Shown here in pieces: positions 1 to 7,408 of a DNA stretch of 25,941 nt; position 1 is the first letter of the stretch; each line of letters begins with the position of its first letter. Both the position numbers and the translations under genes were made by a program. The stretch is from Candidatus Nanohalobium sp. (GTDB lineage: Archaea; Nanohalarchaeota; Nanosalinia; Nanosalinales; Nanosalinaceae): positions 1 through 25,941 of the forward strand of contig JBDGTY010000006.1 of assembly GCA_042216335.1 (NCBI GenBank), read 5' to 3'. Below the pieces are notes generated by a model. That model did no database searches, had not been told where the DNA came from, and saw only the letters and a list, made by a program, of their open reading frames with translations.

Positions 1-80
1 TTAGGCCCGTCTAGGAACTTGATTATTTTTTGTCTTTGATCGGATCGCTTGACCCATCCGAATTTTTCCCAATCAACCAT
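1..80 (-). CDS. Partial (5' end only) winged helix-turn-helix regulator, ArsR-like
   Basis: Not in ORF track. Reverse strand from ATG at 80 reads MVDWEKFGWVKRSDQRQKIIKFLDGP and runs off the window. Resembles the N-terminus of small archaeal wHTH regulators (W..hg.V..S..R..hh..L..GP); a TTTTAT TATA-like box lies about 25 nt upstream. Confidence 0.6.
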   Translation of the reverse strand, partial: MVDWEKFGWVKRSDQRQKIIKFLDGP

Positions 81-183
81 GTGTTGAGAAATTGTTCAGA
101 GGGATAAAACCAGTTATTTAGAAAGGATTTAGAAACAACTTACAAACTATTTAAAGAGGTAGTGGCAATTTGGGATTATATTT

Positions 184-1002
184 ATGTCCGAGCTTGTTGA
201 GAGGTTTGATAGGCTTAATACGCATAAAAAGGCCACTTTGGTATCGTTCTCGCTGATTATTTTGTTATTTGCAGGCTCTATCACTAATAGTATTTTGACT
301 CCGAACACTACTCCCAGTGATGCTGTCCAAATAAATTCAGTTGACTGGTCCGTTGTCCACCCTAATAGTGAGGAGGCTACAGGAGTTGTTGAAGTTGTTG
401 TAGAGGCTCCGGTAAGCAATAGTCAGGATGTAACTGTGTCAAGTTCATACGGTACGACTGAAGAAATGTTTAGTGATACTAGAGATGTAGAAAAGGTTCT
501 TCCTCCAGGCGAGGAAGCTACTCTTACTTTGGCTAAAGGTGACTGGGATAATCCTGAACAGCCTACTATTTGGTATGAGTATGATAGTCGTAGTTCTCAA
601 AGTAAAGAGGTGAGGGTGCCTCCACCTTCTTTAGGAGATGTAAGGCTTCAGGACAATCAAAGGATTACGGTTAGAACAGGTATAGATTCTTATGGAGATA
701 AAACTACTAATGGTTCGGTAATTGTCGAAAATACTGGAGGTACTGCTGTGGCAGTGACTTTAACCGAAGGTAGAGCTTCGGGTATGCAGTATGATATAAA
801 CTTGAAGCCTAAGAAAAGAAGCTATCTAATTCGGCCGCATTCACAGAGAGTAGTTAGTTTTGATGTAGAGATTAGTCGGCAAGTATCAAATTCAGATGAT
901 TATAGCAGGACCACTACTGTTAAAGTACCTATTAGTTATGGATCTATCTCTGAAGATCTTAATGTCCCAGTAGAGATAGTTAGAATAGGTCCTGAAAATT
1001 AG
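184..1002 (+). CDS. Hypothetical membrane-anchored exported protein (N-terminal TM helix, beta-rich S/T/V ectodomain)
   Basis: 272-aa ORF with a hydrophobic stretch TLVSFSLIILLFAGSI after a basic patch; TTTAAA at ~150-155 upstream. Confidence 0.75.
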   Translation: MSELVERFDRLNTHKKATLVSFSLIILLFAGSITNSILTPNTTPSDAVQINSVDWSVVHPNSEEATGVVEVVVEAPVSNSQDVTVSSSYGTTEEMFSDTRDVEKVLPPGEEATLTLAKGDWDNPEQPTIWYEYDSRSSQSKEVRVPPPSLGDVRLQDNQRITVRTGIDSYGDKTTNGSVIVENTGGTAVAVTLTEGRASGMQYDINLKPKKRSYLIRPHSQRVVSFDVEISRQVSNSDDYSRTTTVKVPISYGSISEDLNVPVEIVRIGPEN

Positions 1003-1004
1003 AA

Positions 1005-1838
1005 TTATTCTATTTTGCTTTTGATTTTCTTGTATAATTCTGGCCATTTTTCCTTTATTCCATTTAGCTCTTCCGCATATTCCGAGGCCTTCTCTTCAGT
1101 AGTGAAACCCTTTTTAACGATATCAGGAATTTCTCCGTGTTCTACTACTTTATGCAACTCTTCTATATCTAACTCTCCTGTCTGTATATGAGGTATTTGT
1201 GTCCCAAAGAAATCAGGATTTTCTGGGAATAGCTCCCAAGCTTTTTGTCCTTCTTCCTGAACTCCTTTTAGAATTGATATAGATTTTATGTGCTGGTTCA
1301 TAAGTAGTTGCCAGTTGATTTCAGTCTTCCAGAGTTTTTTGTCCCTTTTATCTTGTGATTCTCTGGCCTCTCTTATTTCGTCTAGTATCAGTTCTCTGGA
1401 CATAAGTTTTTCTCTAAATAGTCCGGAATCGAAAAATTCTCTTAGTCCTTCTTCATTTGTTTTCAGGAATAGATGCCAGTTGATATCGAAGTTATCTAAT
1501 TCTTTATCTCCTTCTTTTACTGCTTTATCTTCTTTTCTTGAGAGCTCTACTAAGTCTGCTAGCCATTTGGTATTTGATCTTACTATTGTTCTGTTCTTTG
1601 TGCCTCTACTTGTTTCTATTATGCCTAAGTCAGAAAGATATTCTCTATAAAGTTTGTCTGGTTTACTGTCGTCATATCTGAATACAGGTTGTGAGAACAC
1701 ATTTGTGTCTCCTATCTCCCATTCTTTCTTTATTTTGGGAACTCCTATCTCCGATTCTATTCCCGATATCCACATGATGAAGGCGGGAAAATCTTTATTG
1801 AATAAATCTATTACTTCTTTTAAGGTATCTTCTTCCAT
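1005..1838 (-). CDS. Hypothetical acidic cytoplasmic protein (possible wHTH-like segment LSDLGIIETSRG)
   Basis: 277-aa ORF; own TATA-like TTTAATAA at 1869-1862, ~24 nt upstream of ATG; convergent with 184..1002. Confidence 0.75.
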   Translation of the reverse strand: MEEDTLKEVIDLFNKDFPAFIMWISGIESEIGVPKIKKEWEIGDTNVFSQPVFRYDDSKPDKLYREYLSDLGIIETSRGTKNRTIVRSNTKWLADLVELSRKEDKAVKEGDKELDNFDINWHLFLKTNEEGLREFFDSGLFREKLMSRELILDEIREARESQDKRDKKLWKTEINWQLLMNQHIKSISILKGVQEEGQKAWELFPENPDFFGTQIPHIQTGELDIEELHKVVEHGEIPDIVKKGFTTEEKASEYAEELNGIKEKWPELYKKIKSKIE

Positions 1839-2001
1839 GTTTCAAGGTTCGTGCTTGTGTGTTATTAAACCAAAGTACGAGGAGTATCTTTACTGGTTGT
1901 GTGATACTCCGTAACTTGTACCGGATTAGTAGTACTCTCTGCACCATACCGCACTATCATGCATTCACAGAAGTAGTGACTGTGTGGTCACACAATCAAT
2001 T

Positions 2002-2099
2002 AAAAAAGTCGGGGATAATAATCCACCATGAGATAGAATTATTGCTTAAACTGAGAGAGAAGGTGAAGCGGCAGCTACGAACCACCGCCCACTGACCAT
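2002..2099 (-). ncRNA. Candidate small RNA (or leaderless 17-aa peptide mRNA, MVSGRWFVAAASPSLSV)
   Basis: Starts 23 nt from CTTAAG (2122-2127). 5' hairpin GTGGGCGGTGGT-TCGTA-GCTGCCGCTTCAC pairs only on the minus strand (G-U wobbles); 3' hairpin GGAT-TATT-ATCC is followed by T6 (2007-2002). Confidence 0.4.
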
Positions 2100-2117
2100 A
2101 ATTGGGTTAATGGTTCT

Positions 2118-2140
2118 AAGTCTTAAGTATCTATTGACTT
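2118..2140. promoter_or_regulatory. Palindromic TATA-like CTTAAG (probable bidirectional promoter) overlapped by inverted repeat AAGTC-N13-GACTT
   Basis: The same CTTAAG element with the same 23-nt spacing precedes the DUF433 ATG at 5506; the flanking 5-bp inverted repeat could be an operator. Confidence 0.45.
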
Positions 2141-2196
2141 CAACTAGCCGTTACGCTGCCAATCATGCTTCTCCTCAGCTCAAAAGGTGAACAATA

Positions 2197-2714
2197 TTGG
2201 CAGAACTAGTTATAGACATCGAAACGACAGGTTTAGAACCAGACGAAAACCACATAATCTGTATAGGAGTCCGAGATCTTCAAAGAAAGAGGACTTATTG
2301 CTTCGAGAATAGCGATGAGGAAGATATGTTGGAACTATTTTTCTCTTTTATTGAGGCTAGAAGGCCGGAACGGTGGATTGCGTATAATACCACTTTTGAC
2401 AGAAGGTTTATCTTCGTTAGAGCTGCGAAATACGATTTAGATTGTAAAGGTTTTTTCTCTATAACCTACGAAGATCTCATGCCTATACTCACAAATGGTG
2501 GTTACTGTTATTCTTCTAATGAGCCTAAAGGACTAGGTGAATGGGCTGAGTTCTTTTTGGGAGAAGGTAAGATGATGGATAACGGAAGTGTTCCTGAAAA
2601 ATATGAAAAAGGCAAAATTCAGGAGATTAAGGACTACTGCCGGACGATGTACAAATTACAGCTAAAATCTGGAGGCAAGTCAACTCAATAACAGAAGGAG
2701 AAGGGTTCCGATAA
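2197..2714 (+). pseudogene. DEDDy 3'-5' exonuclease (RNase H-like, YprB/RNase_H_2 type) with a 1-nt frameshift at ~2641-2643
   Basis: ExoI DIET and ExoII YNTTFD are present. ExoIII YC..D is completed only in the shifted frame (YC-R-DDVQITAKIWRQVNSITEGEGFR, TAA 2712-2714). SD AGGTGA at 2185-2190 precedes the TTG start. Confidence 0.75.
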
Positions 2715-2717
2715 TCC

Positions 2718-4196
2718 ATGGACTTCAATACTGATAGAGAGGATGTAGCAAGGGATAAACAGGTTATTGAGGAAGAAATTGAAGATCTTTTTGTAGAGAT
2801 AGATTATGAAGTACTTCCTTCAGAATTTCTAAGCAGACTTGAGCTCGAACCTATTGAAGATAGACTTGATGAAAATTTTGATCGAAGAACCAAGATCAGC
2901 AAACAGTCTTTGGGAATCGCCAGGCTTCTAGTTTACAAGGAGCTAAGAGGTATAAGCCAGTTATCAGAGACTTTGAAACTGGTTATTGATAACATGGATA
3001 TAGCAGATAACCTTGGCTTAAGCATGGCCGATATGCCAAAAAGAAGAAACCTACACCAGTTCAAGAAAGAGAGAATTGACCCTCCACTTAGGAAACTGGT
3101 TAATTACACAGCAGAACAAATCGAAGAGAAGGATACGGGAATACTTCAATATGGTCTGCCTAACGAGAAAAAACCTCTTGAAGTCAGAAGATTAGAAAAT
3201 AAGCAAGATGTAGAGAAACTTAGAGAAGGCCAAGAAAGAGACTGGTCGAATTACAATGCCGCCCGTACCAACGAAAAAATGTACTTCAATAAGCTGGCTA
3301 AGGAATTAGCGAATTTTATTAGGCAATCCGATTTGGAAACAGAGGGTAGAGGCCGTTCAGGCTACGATTTAGGGCAACAAATATATGTACTACTAAGGCA
3401 CGCATACGAAGATAAAGGAAGCAGAAGTTTTGTGTCCGAACTCAAGGAGGAAGACCCGGAGATACTGGATAATATACCTCACTTCAACTCTGTAACAAAC
3501 TTCTACGATAACTGTAAGCTAACTGATGTGCTGAAACAATTGATTACTATCTCGGCAGAGCCACTAGCGGAAATGGAGCAGGAACTTGCAGCAGATGCTT
3601 CAGGTTGGTCGACTAGAACATACGATCAGTGGTTGGAAGATCGTACAGGTGCTGCTGAAGCCAAGAGGCAGTATAAGAAGGCTCACATCATGGTCGGAGC
3701 TAATACGAATGTAATAGTATCTGCTACTGTTACAGCAGGTACAAAACATGATTCTCCTGAGTTCACAGAGCTTATGGAACGAGCCAAACCTTTTCTCCCT
3801 ATAGCTACTGTATCGGCTGATAAAGCATACAGCAGTAAAGAGAATCTTAACATTGTAGATGATAGCAACGCCTTGCCAATTATTCCATTCAAAGAGAATA
3901 CAAGCGGAAAGGCCAGAGGCGACACATTATGGAAGAAGATGTACCAGTACTTTAGAAGGCACAAATCTGATTTTAAGAAGTACTACCACCAGAGAAGCAA
4001 CGCTGAAACTACATTCTACATGATTAAAGAAAAGCTCAACAGCAGGCTTAGAACTAAGAAAGAGGTTTCGCAGAAAAATGAGCTACTAGCTAGGTTACTG
4101 GCTCATAATCTAATGGTTCTTGAACAACAGATGTTCGATTCAGGTATAAATCCTGAGTTTAATTTTTGTGCAGAAGCAACCCCTGCACAAAAATAG
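2718..4196 (+). CDS. IS4/IS5-superfamily DDE transposase (DDE_Tnp_1-like) with a long N-terminal extension
   Basis: Catalytic motifs AADASG, SADKAY and YHQRSNAETTFYMIK (exact Y-x2-R-x3-E-x6-K signature); also KKAHIMV, HDSPEF and LLAHNL. Confidence 0.92.
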   Translation: MDFNTDREDVARDKQVIEEEIEDLFVEIDYEVLPSEFLSRLELEPIEDRLDENFDRRTKISKQSLGIARLLVYKELRGISQLSETLKLVIDNMDIADNLGLSMADMPKRRNLHQFKKERIDPPLRKLVNYTAEQIEEKDTGILQYGLPNEKKPLEVRRLENKQDVEKLREGQERDWSNYNAARTNEKMYFNKLAKELANFIRQSDLETEGRGRSGYDLGQQIYVLLRHAYEDKGSRSFVSELKEEDPEILDNIPHFNSVTNFYDNCKLTDVLKQLITISAEPLAEMEQELAADASGWSTRTYDQWLEDRTGAAEAKRQYKKAHIMVGANTNVIVSATVTAGTKHDSPEFTELMERAKPFLPIATVSADKAYSSKENLNIVDDSNALPIIPFKENTSGKARGDTLWKKMYQYFRRHKSDFKKYYHQRSNAETTFYMIKEKLNSRLRTKKEVSQKNELLARLLAHNLMVLEQQMFDSGINPEFNFCAEATPAQK

Positions 4197-4217
4197 GCGG
4201 CATTATTGTGCAAGGTC
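4162..4217. repeat. Probable right transposon end: perfect 12-bp inverted repeat plus a third motif copy
   Basis: ATTTTTGTGCAG (4162-4173), 9-nt spacer, CTGCACAAAAAT (4183-4194), then ATTATTGTGCAAGGTC (4202-4217) at the composition boundary. Confidence 0.7.
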
Positions 4218-4282
4218 GGCGTTGGTCGACGAAGCCAGTCACAGGTTGAGGAGGTGAGAAGGGAAAGTCTGTAAAAAGGCCT

Positions 4283-4612
4283 CTAGTTTTCGAGAGAGTC
4301 TATGATTTCTTCTGCGAACTTCCGGAGTTCTTGCTGGTGCTTTGGAACTGTTATCTCGGTAGTCTCTCCTTTTTCACGCGTCAGTACTCTTTCGTCCCTG
4401 TTTTCTCCGTAAACTTTGTCGCTTACGTTTTCTACGTGGTAGACCTCAGCTTCCAGCGAGGTGATGTCGTATACTTCCTGCATGGAGTATTCTCCAGGTA
4501 CGTCGGCATTTTCCCATATCTCGACCCTCAGCTTCCCGAAAGGCGGGCCCTCAGTGATGTCATCGGACTCCACCATGTAGCTTACACCCTGGTAACTTCC
4601 CTGCTCGCTCAT
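4283..4612 (-). CDS. Hypothetical acidic protein
   Basis: 109-aa ORF with host-like codon usage and composition; divergent from the MBL gene. Confidence 0.7.
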   Translation of the reverse strand: MSEQGSYQGVSYMVESDDITEGPPFGKLRVEIWENADVPGEYSMQEVYDITSLEAEVYHVENVSDKVYGENRDERVLTREKGETTEITVPKHQQELRKFAEEIIDSLEN

Positions 4613-4681
4613 GATGACTTCACCAGAGTTGAAATCTTATATCTAGAACAGTTTTAGAATCTTTCCGGGAAAAGACTAGGT

Positions 4682-5461
4682 ATGAAACTGACTTTCCTGG
4701 GAACATGCGGAGGAAGATACGCCACCGGCCTCCAGACACGGCAGACCGGAGGAATAGTACTTGAAACAGAGGAGACACAGATCCACATCGACCCAGGGCC
4801 CGGAGCACTCGTCCACAGCCACAGCACCCTGAAAGAGCCGCTGGAGACCGAGACAGCCATCGTTTCTCACGGCCACCCGGACCACTACAGCGACGCAGAA
4901 GCCATCATCGAGATGATGGTTGAGGCCTCCGACAAGCCAGGAGCACTGTTCGCCCCGGAATCAGTTCTCTCCGGCTACGGCGAGATAGAGAAATCGGTCA
5001 GCGACCACCACCAGGACCTATGCATGACAGTCAAGCAACTTGAGGACGGCTCCAGCTTCGAGTTCAAGGACCTGAAGATCGAGTCCCAGGAGATGTTCCA
5101 CAGCGACCCAAAAACTCAGGGCTTCAAAATCTCAGATGGCGAGAAGACCTTCGGGTTCTGGACCGACACAGAATACAGCGAAGAACTCGTCGAATTCTAC
5201 CAGGGCTGTGACACGCTCGTCGTCTACTGCACCCGGCCGAAAGGCAGAGGAGTAAGAAGCCACACAGGCATCAGCGACGTGCCGGAGATCGCGGAGGAAA
5301 CCGGAGTAGACAACATCATCCTGACACACTTCGGCCAGGCACTTCTGAACTCGGATATGGAAGAACAGAAAGAATGGCTGAAAGAAGAGACAGAAGCCAA
5401 GGTTACTTTCGCAGAGGACGGCATGGAGTACCCAGGAAATCGAAGTCTGGGAGACTTCTGA
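4682..5461 (+). CDS. MBL-fold metallo-hydrolase (RNase Z/ElaC-like)
   Basis: MKLTFLGTCGG start, IDPGPG, SHGHPDH (HxHxDH), WTDT and ILTHFG motifs. Confidence 0.9.
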   Translation: MKLTFLGTCGGRYATGLQTRQTGGIVLETEETQIHIDPGPGALVHSHSTLKEPLETETAIVSHGHPDHYSDAEAIIEMMVEASDKPGALFAPESVLSGYGEIEKSVSDHHQDLCMTVKQLEDGSSFEFKDLKIESQEMFHSDPKTQGFKISDGEKTFGFWTDTEYSEELVEFYQGCDTLVVYCTRPKGRGVRSHTGISDVPEIAEETGVDNIILTHFGQALLNSDMEEQKEWLKEETEAKVTFAEDGMEYPGNRSLGDF

Positions 5462-5505
5462 GTTAAAACACTATCTTCTTAAGTTTCCACGAGCAATCCT
5501 TATAC

Positions 5506-5739
5506 ATGAACATAGTTGAAGATTCGGACCACAGTCAGGGCGCACCGACTGTGGAGGGCACCGGCATCAGAGTAGTGGATATCGCCGAGGCCTACGAGCA
5601 CAGCGGCTACAGCCCAGACGAGATCACCGAGCTTTACCCAGGTCTTTCTCTCAGTGATGTACATTCTGCCCTAGCTTACTACTACGAAAATATCGATGAT
5701 CTCCGCTCCGAACTCTCCGAACCAGGCGTCTCCGCATGA
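5506..5739 (+). CDS. DUF433 protein (putative antitoxin)
   Basis: GAPTVEGTGIRVVDI...GYSPDEITELYPGLSLSDVHSALAYY; ATGA overlap with the downstream PIN gene. Confidence 0.9.
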   Translation: MNIVEDSDHSQGAPTVEGTGIRVVDIAEAYEHSGYSPDEITELYPGLSLSDVHSALAYYYENIDDLRSELSEPGVSA

Positions 5740-6056
5740 AGACAGTTTACCTAGACGAGTCAGTCTGGATGCCCGTTGCTAAAGGACTTCGACAGAGAGG
5801 CTGGGAAGTCAAAACCACCCATGAAGAAGAGACCTTGGGTGATACCGATAGAGAACAGCTCCAGCTGGCAGTCGAGAAAGACTATATCTTACTGACCTTT
5901 GACGACGACTTTCTCTCGCTGGTGGAAGGCAAAGGCCTGAAACACCGTGGAATAATCTATGTCAATCAGTCCGGAAAGAAGATTGGAGAAGTAGTCAAGA
6001 AAGTAGACAAATGCCTGAACAAGAACCCAGAACTTTCAGACATCCACTACCTCTAG
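5736..6056 (+). CDS. DUF5615 PIN-like protein (putative toxin, VapC45-like)
   Basis: YLDESV...LRQRGWEV...DREQL...ILLTFDDDF...HRGII; the usual partner of DUF433. Confidence 0.88.
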   Translation: MKTVYLDESVWMPVAKGLRQRGWEVKTTHEEETLGDTDREQLQLAVEKDYILLTFDDDFLSLVEGKGLKHRGIIYVNQSGKKIGEVVKKVDKCLNKNPELSDIHYL

Positions 6057-6856
6057 GAATACCTCGAGATACCTTCCTCAGTGTCCAGGACCCAGACAGT
6101 GTTCAAACCAGTGTTCAGGCATTCAGTTTCTCCGATCGTTTCCTGACCTTCTCCCTCATGCATGTGGCCAGCGACGGAGTAATCCGGGGAAAACTCCTCG
6201 ATTAACTCCCTGACGACCACGGAGCCGTAGTGCCTGCCATGGACCGGACTGTCCGGGTTATCCACCTCATCCAGCGAAGTATCCTGTGGAACATTGTGTG
6301 ACAGGAACACGGTTTTCCCTTCCGTGAAAAGTTCGGAAAGCTCCTGCTTCTTCTCCCTGTATTCCTCTCTGATCTCCCTCATCTCCTCTTCTGAACTGGG
6401 TTTATCATCCTCATACTGCGGAATCTCCGGGCCGCTGCAAGGGCCGTAGCCGACTATTTTCCAATCCTCTATCGAAAAAGTGTCAAAGTTCAGGTTGTGG
6501 ACGTTTTCGAACTCCTCCAGCATCTCCGGATAGCCTTTTCCTTCCAGGAATGCCCAGTCCGAGTTCTCGCCCGTCCAGTCCCAGTTACCAGGAACCACGA
6601 GGACAGGAACTCCGAAATCGTTAAGTTGCTCAAGTATCTCTTTACCCTCCTCGATGGAGTTCTCCACTGCCTCCCTGGCTTCTTCCTCCCCGAAGACCTC
6701 GTACCACTCCTTTTCGGTATCCATCGCCTCGAACATCGCGGACCGCATCTCGTCCGTTCCACCGCAGATATCGCCCACAGCTAGAACCAGATCGAATCCT
6801 TCATCCGGGATTTCCGGTTTTTCTCCATGGCAGTCTCCTATTATCAATGCTTTCAT
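6053..6856 (-). CDS. Metallophosphoesterase (calcineurin-like)
   Basis: GDCHG, VGDIC, PGNWD, LSHNVP and GHMHE motifs. Confidence 0.9.
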   Translation of the reverse strand: MKALIIGDCHGEKPEIPDEGFDLVLAVGDICGGTDEMRSAMFEAMDTEKEWYEVFGEEEAREAVENSIEEGKEILEQLNDFGVPVLVVPGNWDWTGENSDWAFLEGKGYPEMLEEFENVHNLNFDTFSIEDWKIVGYGPCSGPEIPQYEDDKPSSEEEMREIREEYREKKQELSELFTEGKTVFLSHNVPQDTSLDEVDNPDSPVHGRHYGSVVVRELIEEFSPDYSVAGHMHEGEGQETIGETECLNTGLNTVWVLDTEEGISRYS

Positions 6857-6910
6857 ACTGAGTTTTTCTTTGGGAAGCTACAAAAGCTCTACTATTTATT
6901 CACCCTGAAC

Positions 6911-7146
6911 TCATCCTTCCGCTTCTGCCTCAAGTTCTTCCGGAGTAAGAAGTTCGTCCTCGCTGTAGTCAAGGCGCCCGTTCAGCTCTCTGACGGCTTC
7001 CCTGAAAAGTCTTTCATCTCGTCTATTCAGAAGCCTCCGGACAGCGCCCCGGATAAGTCGGATGTAGAAGTATAACTGCCTTCCTCTACAGCATCTTCGA
7101 TCCTTTTCTTCAGGTTCGACGGGATCTCGACACCGGTCGTCGGCAT
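6911..7146 (-). pseudogene. Ribbon-helix-helix (CopG/Arc/MetJ, ParD-like) protein split by a 1-nt frameshift at ~7055
   Basis: MPTTGVEIPSNLKKRIEDAVEEGSYTSTSD in one frame continues as IRGAVRRLL...LTPEELEAEAEG in another; joined, they give the G.Y.S.SD.IR.AVR.LL RHH motif. Confidence 0.75.
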
Positions 7147-7408
7147 ACCAACGACATACAAACGAAAACTCAAAAACCAATATGGGAAAACCGGCAGAAC
7201 CAATAAAACAGTTGCCGCCGCATCCGAAATTACCATGAACCCAACTAAGGGTGGCCGATTTGTACGGCACAAGGCGCATTTGTAAACTTACTCAAGATCT
7301 TCTAACATCCAGCTTCAGCTTTAAGTTCCGGCTCAGTAGGGCAGAGCTATGCCTGAAAAATGGATTTAAAGCTACGCGGGAAGCGTTTTCTATGAGGTTT
7401 AACTGAAA

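Larger units (their letters stand above)
1..4217. mobile_element. Right part of a large cargo-carrying transposon/island (left end outside window)
   Basis: Visibly AT-richer, with A/T-ending codons, up to ~4217, then an abrupt switch to GC-richer host-like sequence. The transposase is the last gene and repeated TTGTGCA motifs sit at the boundary. Confidence 0.7.

Noticed and set aside
1859-2095. 78-aa ORF in the island spacer
   Set aside because: GTG start without SD, non-acidic, and overlaps promoters and hairpins; better explained as non-coding.
1-2717. Left terminal inverted repeat matching 4202-4217
   Set aside because: No GACCTTGCACAAT-like sequence was found by eye; CTGCACCAT near 1939 is too weak.
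2197-4196. Casposon or CRISPR-associated (DnaQ/Cas) module
   Set aside because: No Cas1, PolB polymerase domain or repeat-spacer array; the recombinase is a DDE enzyme with a YREK motif.
6911-7279. 122-aa and 81-aa minus-strand ORFs as separate genes
   Set aside because: Each holds half of one frameshifted RHH gene starting at 7146; their 5' extensions look non-coding.
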